Assembly (NCBI RefSeq): GCF_006345805.1 | Contig: NC_042999.1 | Coordinates: 163,184,001 to 163,248,000 of the forward strand | Direction: 5' to 3' | Source: Octopus sinensis | Taxonomy: Eukaryota | Length of the DNA stretch: 64,000 nucleotides | Shown here: piece after piece, positions 11,353-24,646 of the stretch | Numbering within the stretch: position 1 is the stretch's first letter | How the letters are laid out: every line of letters begins with the position of its first letter | Translations under genes and position numbers: made by a program | The notes under the pieces: model-generated | Databases searched by the model: none | The model's input: only the letters and a program-made list of their open reading frames with translations | What the model was told of the DNA's origin: nothing

Positions 11353-12426
11353 TATCTTTGTGCTTCTTTTAAGATTAATAAAAATGTTACCAAGTTAAAT
11401 ACAGATATTATTTCAATCAGCTACACTTTTTCCTCAAAATTTGTGACAGTGGTAAAAATTAGAAATTATTAGTTACAATTGTTAATGTTGTTGTGTAATT
11501 GTCTTTTGGTATTTGTTCACTTTTTGTTCTGAGTTCAAATCAAGCAAAGATTAACTTTGCCTTACATTTTTCAGGGCTTCTCTCAAATATATGATTTTCT
11601 ACTTATGTTAGAAATTATTATTATTATTATTATTAGTGTTTTCTATCATGGAAAATGGATGTTAAATGATGATGATAATGGTGGTGGTGATTTCTACTAT
11701 GAAATTGCAACATTATTATTAGATATCTATTGACAATAGTGATAATGTCAGAATATTTATTTCAAATTCTGCCAGGATTCACTTAACTTTTCATTCCTAC
11801 AATAAGTATCAGACATATTCAGGGATCAGTCAATCATCTGTATACCACCTTTTCAATTTATGGCTTTGTGCTATTGTAAAAATGAATTAATAGGATTCAC
11901 ACCATTTCCAAATGAACTATATACTTTTTACTCACTATTTTCCCTTCACTCTCTCACAGAGACAATATAATTATGTTAATTTCTTCCTTTAAGCTAAATG
12001 AGTGAGAGAGAGAAATTGACTGGTCGGAACATCCTGCAGTGTATTATTTTGACTTTTGATCTGTATTCAGACCCCAATGGAAGTGACTTTGTTGTCTTCA
12101 CCATGGAATCAACAAATTGTCAGTTATTTTTTATAATTGATCCAATTGGTTGTAATTTTCCTCTACATAAATTGGCCTTGTGTTTTTTATACTCAAAAGA
12201 TACTGAATATCAGCAAAGTTTATAGAAGTCTAAAAATATATTACTTTTGAATTTTATCTGTTCTATTTATATATTAGCAATGTGACAGTGTTGCTAATAT
12301 ATCTGTCCATTAAGTGAAGTGAATATTTGAACTTGTTTTTTTGGATGTTCAAGAGTAACTTGTGTATATTAGATGTTTGAGAGTAACTTGTATATATTAG
12401 ATGTATACTCTAACAAAAGTCATATC

Positions 12427-12658
12427 TATTTCTTTACTACCCACAAGGGGCTAAACACAGAGAGGACAAACAAGGACAGACAAACGGATTAAGTTGATTA
12501 CATTGACCCCAGTGCGTAACTGGTACTTAATTTATCGACCCCGAAAGGATGAAAGGCGAAGTCGACCTCGGCTGAATTTGAACTCAGAACATAACGGCAG
12601 ACGAAATACAGCTACGCATTTCGCCCGGCGTGCTAATGTTTCTGCCAGCTCGCCGCCT
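12427..12658 (-). mobile_element. SINE family E (gtcgactttgcctttcatcctttcggggtcgataaa core, Nin/Deu-domain-like)
   Basis: Reverse complement of 45367-45583. Degenerate copies lie near 11520, 11760, 14640, 31440, 32700-33300 and 34320-34560. Confidence 0.65.
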
Positions 12659-12899
12659 ATGACTCAAACAAAAGTCATACCTTTTATTAGATAACTCTGC
12701 TTCTGTGATTTCTGAGTACACTGTCATTTTTTATTTTTTTATGATAATGAGTAGCACTATCCCCAGGGAGATTGACATAGAGGCACAATGGAGTGCTTAA
12801 GGAGATCAAACGCATAAGTATGGCAAGAGTAAAATCCATAGTATTAGAATCTTCAGCAACATTCTACATGGCAGGGGGCAACAAATCAAGGCCAGGAAC

Positions 12900-13130
12900 A
12901 GCTATGCCATATGGGGCATGGGAATGGAGTCATCTGGGTGTTGTGGATGACTTGGGAGTGTTCAGCAAACCTCCTAGGAACAACAAGACAGCCAGAAATC
13001 GTCAGGAAGAGTGGTTTGAGGTGGGATATCGTATTCCATTCTAATTCATCAAAGCAACTGATTTTGATTGAATTCACTGTGACATCTGAAATTAGAAAAG
13101 AAGCAGATGTAGTTGAGCCTGAAAAATAAA
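12900..13130 (+). mobile_element. Degenerate restriction-like endonuclease fragment of a non-LTR element (HERO/NeSL-like)
   Basis: GLRWDIVFHSNSSKQLILIEFTV resembles the LRPDIV...KQ.I.IELTV motif. Confidence 0.45.
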
Positions 13131-13599
13131 CCAGTCTGGCCAACAGCCTGAGGGGAAACTAACTTCTGGGTGAATTTTCTTGCCATAGAGGTTGGAGCCA
13201 GAGGTTTTGTGGGCAAATTTGCTCATGATCTAATGAAACAATGCTCAGTCTCTGGGAAGAATAGGAGCAAAGCCCTAAAGACAATAGAGACAGTGGAGAG
13301 ATGTTCCAGCTGGATCTGGTTGAGGAAGAATTAAAATGGTCTCCATCCTGTTCGAAGGAAAGGTATAAAAGGCATCAGATGCAATGTGCAAAAGAGAAGC
13401 CTGCATTGATATGGAAATGTGATACATATGGAGGATGTACCTTGCACTCCAAGTTAGTGGAATCTATTGGAAGAGACCAACGAAGACTTAAGAGAAAGTA
13501 GTGATAACTGATCTGAAGATGCTCCTCTTACAAAGGAGGAGATGGCTGAAGGTTGTATTAAGTGGTGATGTGTGGTGTCACGGAAGACTTGACCACCCT

Positions 13600-13809
13600 C
13601 TCTTTCTTTCTCTCTTTTACTTGTTTCAGTCATTTGACTGCGGCCATGCTGGAGCACCGCCTTTAGTCGAGCAAATCGACCCCGGGACTTATTCTTTGTA
13701 AGCCCAGTACTTATTCTATCAGTCTCTTCTGTCGAACCGCTAAGTGACGGGGACGTAAACACACCAGCATCGGTTGTCAAGCAATGCTAGGGGGACAAAC
13801 ACAGACACA

Positions 13810-13841
<32 letters not shown>

Positions 13842-13993
13842 TCTATATATATACATATATACGACAGGCTTCTTTCAGTTTCCGTCTACCAAATCCACTC
13901 ACAAGGCATTGGTCGGCCCGGGGCTATAGCAGAAGACACTTGCCCAAGATGCCACGCAGTGGGACTGAACCCGGAACAGCCACTCTTGCGCCT
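13600..13993 (-). mobile_element. Family A SINE with an internal deletion in the head
   Basis: Near-identical to 7116-7525. Confidence 0.8.
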
Positions 13994-15289
13994 ATATGTA
14001 AGATGTGCACTGAAATGATGGCAGCATTATAGGCTGGGATATCTATTTATGCATATATGTGTGGTTTTTGTGTTTATATGTGATTGTCTATATGTATTCA
14101 TATATATGTATAAATAATGCATATATTTGTATCCTGCAGAGGCTGTACTTGCTCCCACTTTTTACACCCCTGATCTCCCATCTCTAATCTATCTGATCAC
14201 TCCCTCTTTCATCCATCTACCCATTCACTTAGTCATCTCATTTCTCTGTCACTCATACCCCTCCATTTCTTATCTCTCTACCACCCATGAAACTTACAAA
14301 TTACTTACAAAGTACTGGGCTGCCCTGAATACCCCTATCCCACATCACTCTGCCTTCCCTATCCTTCACCCAGCCAATATATGAGAGACTGTATTGGGCC
14401 ATCTGCATCACTCTACCTGAGCCCACCTTCCTCTCACTGCCCTCCATCACCATCTTTCATCTCTCCTGTCTGGTCTACCACCATAATACCCTTCTCTTTT
14501 ATGTTTCCTTCCCCTCACGCCTTCTGTCCATATTTGCTCTCAAACTTTTTATTGCAGTATATTTAATTTGCCACTCAATGAATTATGGTGGTGGTGGTAT
14601 AATTATGATTTTATTTCTATTGGACTGATGTAAAAAAACTTGTAGTGAACCAAATCAATCCTAGTAATTAATTATATATTTTTTATTGACCTCCAGAATG
14701 ATAAAAAGCAAAGTCAGTCTCGGCAGGATTTGAACTCAGAGCAAAAAAGAGTAGAGCATATCTATTAATTTCTTACCACATATATGTATTCTTTATGTAT
14801 AAAAACTGTAGTGGCATTAGTCTCAGTCATAACTACAGTAACAGCTGCATTTGTTTTTGCTAGATTACTATTGTCAAATAATTCCCTGGGGGTGAAATTG
14901 AAACAAAAATTACAGCAGATACTGCAATATAAAAAAAATGGAAGATGGAAATTATATCTGGAGATACAATGAATTGAACCAATGTTGATCTGTTTTAAAT
15001 GAATTCCTTCAGAAACTAAACAGTGGCACACACTAAAGATTAAAAAATTATGTTTATGTCCTGCATATTTGATATTTACTGTATTCATTAAGTATTTAAA
15101 AATATGTATTTCTTAAGACATTTTAAGCTTCATGATAAATTGTTTGTTATATAAGAGTGAAAGATATATAAAATATTTGTTGGAAAAAAAAAAGATAACC
15201 AACCTGCACTGACATAATAAGAGTAAAAGAAAAAGGTACATGCTCAGAATAATAGTTTATTTAATTCCTTTTCTTTGGACAAAACACAT

Positions 15290-15965
15290 CGCTAAAATTG
15301 TCAAGAAGGCTGAGGGTGTCTTGGCATCACTCACCAAATCCTTTGTGAGCCGCTCTCCGGCTATCTAGCTGCGGCTTTATATAGCTATGGTAAGACCTCA
15401 CCTGGAATTTGCATCACCGGTCTGGAACCCCTATCTTGCCCAGGACATCAATCGTCTGGAAGCTGTTCAGCGATGTGCAACCAAAAGAATACCCTCCATC
15501 AGGCATTTGCCATATTCTGAATGCCTTACTTCCCTGGGCATGGACACTTTGAAACTCTGACGTCTGGCAGCTGACTTGGCAGACACCCATAAAATTATCA
15601 ACCATCGTACAAACAATAACTCTGAGCACCTTTTCAAACTCCACCCATCTAACACCCGTGGACATATTTACAAAGTCAGAAAACAGCACAGCTCCCATGA
15701 CTTCAGGAAACATTTTTTCACGCTGAGAGTTGCTGAAGCATGGAACAAACTGCCGGCATCGGTTGTTAGTTGTCGGAGCACTGCATCCTTCAAAACTTCC
15801 ATGCTTTCTGAGATTCACCAACACTACACTTGATTTTCTCCCCTCCATACACACACAAGCATGTTCACTTTCCAGACATTTGTACATTACAGCATGTACT
15901 TTATATGCACTTTCTGACAAGTTGTGGTGCACCTGAGCACTGTATACAATAATTTCAATATTATT
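15290..15965 (+). mobile_element. CR1-like LINE 3' fragment ending just before a TESK exon
   Basis: RPHLEFASPVWNP...VQRCATKRIP...FFTLRVAEAWNKLP. Confidence 0.8.
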
Positions 15966-15985
15966 ATTATTTAATTCTTTTTCAG

Positions 15986-16135
15986 TACATTAATGGAGGA
16001 GCTCTATACCAAGTGTTGGCAAACAAAGAAATAGAACTACCATGGAAAACACGTATAGATTTGGCGCTGGACATTTCTAATGGCATGCGTTATTTTCACA
16101 CGAGAGGGGTTTTCCACCGAGATTTAACATCAAAG
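15986..16135 (+). CDS. TESK: TESK exon: YINGGALYQVLANKEIELPWKTRIDLALDISNGMRYFHTRGVFHRDLTSK
   Basis: Acceptor ttctttttcag, donor gtttgt, 150 nt. The catalytic loop HRDLTSK(N) is TESK-type; LIMK has HRDLNSHN. Confidence 0.95.
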
Positions 16136-17328
16136 GTTTGTAATAATGACGATAATTTCTATCTTGGCATAAGGCACAAATTTTTGGAGATAAAACAGTT
16201 TATTGATCCCAGTACTTAACCTGTCCATATTTTGTCAACTGTTTTGTGAGTTATATGCATAATACACTTTTGCATCCATTCATGATGTTACAGGAAAAAG
16301 ATTATATTTTTTCGATAAATTTATATATAATGTAACATTTTGAGGTCAAACAAAAAAGTGATGATATGTGTTAAAAAGTTCACTTAATCTATTCAGCACA
16401 TAGTGGAAGGAACTATTCAAAGTATTCCATTTCCAAAGACAGTAACACCAATCATAAGAAATAAATAGATGTTTAGCCATTCATATCTTTCACAGGATCC
16501 ATACCATCCATGTACAAGGAGCATGCACACATGTACACACACAGACACACACACACACACACACACACTCTCTCTCTCTCTCTCTCTCAAACACACACAC
16601 ACACACACACACATTTTCCCTCACATCCCCATAAATATAGACTCTGAAATCTAGGAGATAAACTGAGCATAGCAAAGACATGTATAGGATACTCTTTAAA
16701 AAATCTCATACAGCATAGAAAAAGTGAACATAGAAATGGTGATGATTTTATATATTATATGCATGAACTGGATTAGAGCTAAACATTGAAACATGTGTTT
16801 CAATGTTAAGCTCAAATCCAGTGCATGTATTTCAGTACCAGGCATTAATTCACCTAGCTGTTAGAAATATGTATCAGTTTTTCTAGGAAGGTCGATTGTA
16901 GTAGACTGGAATTGTATCAAAATTGAAGATCTATTTTTTTCTACTTACTGCCTTGAAATTCTTTGATGCGTAAGAGACATTATTTTAAGATGGCAATTGC
17001 AATGTGATATTCCCTTTTGAGATTGACAGTAAACATGTTAAAGTTATTTACTTTTGATTAGCAACAAAATTTTATTATTAAACATTTTACTATGCATTCA
17101 AAATGAAATTTTAATCAAAATTATTTAATAATACTAAAATTACTCACATTCACAGTGTTGTGTGTGTGTGTGTGTGCATGTGTGTGTGTGTTTGCATGTG
17201 TGTGTGTGTACATATTTTTACTTCTCATTAGTGTTTGTTTCATGTAAATCTTGTGTTTAAAATTCCTTTTTTAAAGTATGCTCTGAAATAATGTATAAAT
17301 TGAGAAACATTTTGCATTTATTTTCCAG

Positions 17329-17414
17329 AATATTCTTATTAAGATTGATGATGATGATGTCTACACTGCTATAGTTGCTGATTTTGGCTTGGCTGCCAAA
17401 ATACCTGATCCTTT
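17329..17414 (+). CDS. TESK: TESK exon: NILIKIDDDDVYTAIVADFGLAAKIPDP(L)
   Basis: Acceptor ttattttccag, donor gtatgt. Contains the DFG motif. 86 nt, ends phase 2. Confidence 0.95.
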
Positions 17415-17613
17415 GTATGTAATGTTCTTCTCTTTGTCTTTTAATTGTTCAAGGGGGGATTTTCTTTTTTGACTTAGTCAGTTAGGACTATGACCTACCA
17501 ACTGTTGGGTCAGTGCTTAATTTCTGATCATTACCTATGGTCCTGGTGTTGACTGAATCAGTCCACATGGTTGGAGATAATTATAATATAGTGGTACATC
17601 TTGTGACCATTAA

Positions 17614-17833
17614 CCCTTTTGTTACCAACCCGGCTGAAACTGGCCCTGGCTCTGAGTACAAATGTCTTGTTTTCATTAGTTTTGAATTAAAATCTTCCAC
17701 CAAACCTTAGTCACAATTTATGTTGCTAACACTAGCTTGATGATAACTAAGTTATTTTACTAAATTCTTTGCTAGATTTAAAGTAATTGAAAGAAACACA
17801 GAGCACCTCAAAATAAATACGGTAACGTAAGGG
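17614..17833. mobile_element. piggyBac-like MITE
   Basis: TTAA|CCCTTTTGTTACC ... GGTAACGTAAGGG|TTAA; the TIRs match at 11/13 positions. Confidence 0.7.
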
Positions 17834-18169
17834 TTAACAATGTATCGAGGACATGCTGTCAGGGTAGGCAAGGTAAGCAGTGCCTATCTTGACCAAAGCC
17901 ATAAATATTGATTATTACATATAAAAAGTAAATGATATGAATATCATTATAAAAATGCTTATTTATTCTGTGTATAATTCAGAGAATGGCCACTATTTTG
18001 ATGTTAGGTAGACACAATTTCTGCTGCTTTTTCATGTTCATGCATTATAGTTGTCAAAAAGACAGAAATTATTTTGTCTTTAAGTGTTATGACTGATGAT
18101 TGTGCATGTATCTGTTAACCTCAAATGATTGAGCTAATTCTAAATATATTTAATGTGACCACCACCACG

Positions 18170-18452
18170 TGACCGACCAGACCATCAGATGTTGTTACAC
18201 ATCGCTGGTCACAATGCGTTCGCATTGTTTTAGCCTTCGAATGACGCCACACCGCTGGCTAAGCGAGCAGGCCAACAGAAGAAAGAGTGGTGAAAGAGTA
18301 CAGCAGGGATCACCACCCCCTGCCGGAGCGTCGTGGAGCTTTTTTAGGTGTTTTCGCTCAATAAACACTCACAACGCCCGGTCTGGGAATCGAAACCGCG
18401 ATCCTGCGACCGCGAGTCCGCTGCCCTAACCACTGGGTCATTGCGCCTCCAC
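18170..18452 (-). mobile_element. tRNA-headed SINE, family C (other copies at 28213-28487 and 56160-56353)
   Basis: Minus-strand head ggaggcgcaatgacccagtggttagggcagcgg...ggtttcgattccc with box A/B-like motifs, repeated three times in the window. Confidence 0.75.
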
Positions 18453-20007
18453 TTGTAAATGTATAAAATAGTAAAAATGAAGGCATGTATGTAAATACAA
18501 CTGTTTGAAAAATCCAACTTTGTGTATCGGCCATGTTATATATATAATAGTGGTTCTTCACTGTACTTATGTATTTATTAGTTTCTTTGCATGTAATTCA
18601 AATCCTGGAGGGTGACATGTTCACTCAGCAATGTTAACTTGCTTTAAATTAGGTTGAAGATCTAATTTAATACAGGGCTTAATATATGCTTATTTAAAGA
18701 TTATTTTAGCTCAAAATTTGAGTTTATGCAAACAACTGATCAGGAACTATAGGTTATGATTTTGTATAAATAAATAATAAATATATAGCATCATAGCACA
18801 AGTAATTTCATCTTTTTGTGAAATTGAGGCTCATGAGGGCATTTTTAGCAACTTGAGGCAAGGATTTAATTAACCAGTTTCATTGTTATTTATATTATCA
18901 GGATCCATTTTCTTTTTCTTCTCCAGATGCTAAGCAAAAGTGGTAGAAGTCTTCTTTAGATATCTTCAGGCTAACTTGTAAACATTGTGATAACCATATT
19001 GTGGTGATTGACAAACAAAATTTTTATCTATTAATTTTACAACATGTGAGGTATTTACAAGTTCTTTAAACGTGATTAAGCTTACTGTGAATCTCTATAG
19101 CAAGACTATCAGATTACATTAAGACATTTTCAGGTAGTGTTGCAATAACCCAATGGCTAAAAAAACAATCTTCATAGGAAATTGTATAACAGAGAGTTCT
19201 TTCCTACTGCACCATGTAGCATTTTTCTATATCTACATGACTAGGTAATAAAAAAGTTCTTCAATCTTACTTAGGAGCTGATCTCTACTTTTCTGCATAT
19301 TGCTTTCAGGTTGTATAGTTAGCAACATCTGTTCATTAATTGCTGAACAGAAAGATAGTTATTAGTACTACAAGAAACCTAGCTGATTACTCAAATCAAA
19401 AGTGATTTATTTTTTTGAGTAGTTTATTTTCTTTTTTTATACATTTCAGATCAGTTTGACTGTAATAGATAGTAATCTCACCTGTGGTACTCTTCTATAC
19501 TTGGTCAGGAGTTTAAATTTTACTCTAGCCACTGCCTTGTGTCTCCTTAGGTACTTTTCTTACCTTGGTATAACTATCTGACGACACTTTCATTTCACAG
19601 TTTCAAGTAGTTAGTGAAGGAAAGGGTACTTTTGTCACTTGCTTCCACAAATTAAATGTTTTATTTTTGTAACAGATTGAGTCTTATAGAGAGTCAATAA
19701 AATTTATTATAGTGTTTTGCAGATGTATTTTTATCACTTCAAGAATACTGAAGTTCTAGATCAACCTCAGCAATAATTGGACATGAAGTATTAAATTAAA
19801 CCCCTTAGAACATGAAATCTGACCTTTTACTTACTGCACTAACTCTGCCATGCTATAATTAATGCATACTGGTTTTTTGTAAGTCATTAAGGTTCTATAT
19901 TTTAAGGGACATGAAAGTGGGAATTTTGACATTCATGGTTTTCCTATGGTTTCAACTTGAAATTCAAAGAGTCTTCTATCTTGCTCCATAACACACACTA
20001 CATGTTG

Positions 20008-22340
20008 AATATCCGACAAGGCATCGGTCTGGGCAGCAGCCATCTATGCTAGATCTGGTATTCTCCCGCTATCCAAGATCAGTGTCAGATGTATCTGTGT
20101 GCGCCCCTCTTGCCAAGAGTGATCATGCGGTCCTGAAGTTCGTCATGCACACAACTTTTTCCACGCCCACGATTACTTCGCTGCCACGTAGAGTCTTCTC
20201 TGCAATTAATCTTGAAATTCTAACCGAGGCTTCCGCGCTTCTGGACTGGCGTTCCCTGATGACGTTGTCCTCAGTTGACGAACTATGGTCATCCCTCAAA
20301 GCATATGTAATCTGTTTGACTGACCAGGCAGTTCCCGTTGGACTTCCCAAGAGGAAGAAACACAAGCCCGGGTGACGAAGAAGGTTAAACGAGAACGTCG
20401 ACTCAGAGATATTGCTTGGGCTGAATTCAAAAATCTGGATTCGACTGCAGCTTTTGAGGTGTACAAAACTCAACGAGACCGAGCCGTGAAAATTGAAAAG
20501 AAAGAACGCTTCAGTTATGAATACAAAATCGCGGCAAATGCCAGTAGCAATCCAAAAACCTTCTTTGCCCATGTCCAGCGGAATTCCCGCTTGAACAACC
20601 AGATTGCAACGTTGGTAGACTCAACAGGCGTATCGATTGAGGACCCTTATCAACAGAGTCAATTATTTGCCGAGGCTTTTTCAACTATTTTCAAACAAGA
20701 TGATGGTCGTGAACCCCCTCCATTTGATAGATCGGTACCTCCAATGCTTCGATTGATCATCACGCGGGACCAAGTCAAACGTGTTATTCAAGGCCTCGAT
20801 GTCAACAAGGGTCACGGCCCTGACGGCATACACCCACGGGTTATCAAAGCGTTGGCTCCGGTCATCTGCGAGCCCTTAACACGACTATTCAATATGTCAT
20901 TGGCGACGGGTGTTATACCTGCAGACTGGAGAACAGCGATAATCTGCCCAATTTTCAAGAAAGGGAGCCGCGAAGACCCGCTTAACTACCGACCGTTTTC
21001 CCTTACATCAATAATCAGCAAGATGTTCGAAACCATCCTTAAGAAAAGTATGATGCTCCACCTCCTAAACACAGCCTCGATCACTGATTCCCAACACGGC
21101 TTCGTGCCGAAGAGATCATGCTTGACCAACTTACTAGTAATGGAAGAATTGGTGACGCGCATCCTCGATGATAGTGATGCTGTTGACATCGTTTTATTGG
21201 ACTTTGCCAAAGCTTTTGACTCGGTAAACCACCGCCTACTACTTGTCAAGCTTCAAGCATATAGTTTCCATCCGGATATTGTACGATGGGTCAGTGCCTT
21301 CCTCTCAGATCGCTCCTTCCAAGTTCAAGTTAATGGTTCGCGGTCCGACGTCTCCAGTGCGAGCAGTGGCGTGCCTCAAGGTTCAGTGCTTGGGCCCTTG
21401 TTGTTCTTAGTCTTCATAAATGACTTGCCCGACGACCTCACGCAACACACCCTTCTATTTGCCGACGATATCAAACTGGTCGCTCCTCGCGGTAGTATAG
21501 AGGATCTTCGTCGATGCCTCCACCAAATTTGGAAGTGGTCTAACGATTGGGACCTGTGTCTGAACGTGTTAAAGTGCTGTCATCTGCCTGTCGGCTCTAC
21601 TCCTGCAACTCAACTTGATTTCGAGCCGGGTCGTCTGCTGCTGGAGAGGACCGATCAGGTAAAGGACCTGGGTATCTTGGTGGATTCCTCCTTTTCGCCT
21701 TCGGCCCAGTGCGTCCATGCTGCCAACAAAGCGCGCGGAATTCTGTTTTTGATTCGATGGTCATTCGGAATGCTCACAGCAGCCATATTCCTGCCACTCT
21801 ATGTCACGCTGGTGAGACACATATTGGAGTATGGGATTCAAGCCTCTTCTCCTTATCTCCTCAAAGACATACAGCACCTCGAAAGAGTCCAGAGGCTGGC
21901 TACCCGCATGGTTCATGGTCTCAAAAATTTGTCCTACGAAGAAAGGCTGAGGACGCTCGACCTTTATTCTCTTGAAAAACGCCGCCGCCGTAGTGATCTC
22001 ATTCTCGCCCACAACATCATAAGCGGGAAGTGTAACCTCTCGAAAGAGCTGTTCTTCACTCTTGCTCCGAGCGTCGGCTGCGGGGTCATTCCGAAAAGCT
22101 CTACCTGCGACGATTTCATCTCAATCGAAGGAGAGGAGCTTTCTCCGTCCGGGTTGCGGATCCGTGGAACAAGCTGCCAGACGAGATGGTGAAGATGCCG
22201 ACGACCGCTTTGTTCAAAGCCTCCCTGGACCTCAAGTGGCCTGAACTCTTTACATGAACACCACCCTGTACTTAACTCCATGTCCCCCTACATGGCCTTG
22301 CTATTTGCTTTTGAGCCAAATTAACTAACTAACTAACTAA
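20008..22340 (+). mobile_element. CR1-clade LINE, long ORF2 fragment (APE endonuclease C-terminus plus RT), two apparent 1-nt frameshifts
   Basis: ORFs 20046..20375 (LDLVFS...SDH) and 20372..22192 (GPDGIHP, LDFAKAFD, QGSVLGP, FADDIK); (TAAC)n tail. Confidence 0.92.
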
Positions 22341-22541
22341 CATAATTGATGATTTCTTTCATCATTTTCACACAGCCAAAAATTTATAGGGGAAGTGCAT
22401 TATTGATTCAATTGATCTCAGTATATGTAAGGCATTTCACAAAATTTTAAATAACTTAGTGGAAATCAACATAATTACATCTATTGCTGCACCTTATCCA
22501 CATTACTGAATTAAAGCAAACATGTTGTAAGACTGATTTAA

Positions 22542-22721
<180 letters not shown>

Positions 22722-23675
22722 TAAAGTTATACTATATTTTTTTATATTAAGGAATTACTAGATATGTAGCTGTTGGTAACCTCTATATTTTTGCTTGTGT
22801 CCATATTTGTACCACATTTAAGTGAGATAAGATATTTGAGCATTTATAATTTATCGCTTTTATTTTTGTATTTATGACACTTTGAAATATGACTGTCATT
22901 CTTGTACTCTTATTTATACATTGTTTCAGTAGATAATGTGTCACTGTTTTCAAATGATACATTTTGTTACATGTAGGGTGTTTGAGCTAAATTTGACAAT
23001 TTTTTTTTGTCTCCTTTTTTTCAAGAACAGCTTCATGAATTAGTGAACAGTCAATAGCATTAGAGTGCATGTAGATTGTAGTTGAGGAAAAGTTAGCTTA
23101 CTGGAAGCTACTTGAATATTGCTAAAGAGTTACCCTGTATCATGCTGGATATCAAATTCGCCAAATCTTGCTGTGCAAGCCATAATTTAATTGATTAAAA
23201 ATTAAAAATTTACAAAACTAAATTCAAACTTGACTTATGCCTATAAACATGCATATAAATTAATAATGTGTAGGAACGAAAATTATAATATATAATAGTG
23301 ATGATATAATAATGAAAAGACTATATAATACAGTGATAATAAAATAAACAATGACAAAGAAATATATATTCGAATAAAAACTATAGTTAAAAGTGGACAT
23401 AAACAAATGTGAATGAATGACAAAATGCAAAAAGATATATAAATAAGATCTACGGGGTAAAAAAATTTTTACAAATTAAAAATTAGAGCGTAATAATGTA
23501 AAAATAACATAAAAAATATCATAAAACAAATGTAAAAATATCGTAAAAATATGTTTGTACAATCTACCGTTGTATAACATGGTCATACTACGTGCTAAGT
23601 TCAGCTTAACGTCGCAAGGCTCCATGAAAATATCTACACTCCCTCCTAAGGAACGTTAAACGCACCTCATGAAAT

Positions 23676-24310
23676 CCATCTGTAAATTGAATCCAACTCC
23701 TGCTGCAGGTTTGCAACATCGCTGGGGTTCTGTATTTTCTGCGAGACTTTCGTATCATCTGCATAGCTTGCAACGGTGGCTATCCAGGCATTTGCGGGCA
23801 TATCTGAGAGGGCCACTATAAAAAGCTGGAAAACTTGGAGTGTGGTTACATGACTTCCTGAAAGATAGGAGTCAGGCAGTAGTGGTTAATGGAGCCACCT
23901 CTATGAACACACAAATAGTGAGTGGTGTTCCACAGGGCACTGTCTTGGGACCACTGCTTTTTATAGTGGCCCTCTCAGATATGCCCGCAAATGCCTGGAT
24001 AGCCACCCTTGCAAGCTATGCAGATGATACGAAAGTCTCGCAGAAAATACAGAACCCCAGCGATGTTGCAAACCTGCAGCAGGAGTTGGACTCAATTTAC
24101 AGATGGGCTGAGGATAATAATATGCAGTTTAATGCTGAACAATTCCAGGACCTGTGCTGCCATCATCCAAAACTGAATATGAAACTTACAGGGTACACCG
24201 GTCCGCAGGGAATTTCAATCCCAGAGTCTAAGTCAGTAAGGGACCTGGGTATCGACATGAGTGATGATACCTCTTTCCAAGTGCACATTACCAGGATGGC
24301 GACAAGGTGA
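23676..24310 (+). mobile_element. CR1/L2-like RT fragment with a 151-bp 5' inverted duplication
   Basis: ORF 23840..24310 (PQGTVLGPLLF, YADDTK). 23676-23826 is the reverse complement of 23956-24106. Confidence 0.8.
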
Positions 24311-24481
24311 AGTGAGATATTAGACTAAATCAATTGAAGATCAGACAACAGACTCAGTAGTTGTCAATTTGTATTCTGTCATTTGTAACTTCAACACAAG
24401 AAAGTCTGGACTTTTACTCATCATACCATGGAAGGACAAATCTTTCAATTTACAATTTAACATAGTGGAGTATTTAATATA

Positions 24482-24646
24482 TCTTCTCTATATATAAAAC
24501 TGAAATGCGTTTGGACCGCTTGGATCGCTTTCAAGGCCACTACATCCCGTCGGATTGACTCCAAAATTTACAGGGACATGTAAAATGAGGTGACGATGCC
24601 CGTGGGCTACATTAGAAATCCCTATCTTAAAAGGTGTCGTTGCTAG
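24482..24646 (+). mobile_element. Short Helitron-like element
   Basis: A|TCttctctatatataaaac start and CTAG|T end, similar in style to the 5807 family termini. Confidence 0.45.

Noticed and set aside
18380-18452. tRNA-like heads (also at 7440-7525, 45367 and 60405)
   Set aside because: They continue into repeated SINE bodies and do not close a full cloverleaf, so I did not call tRNA genes.
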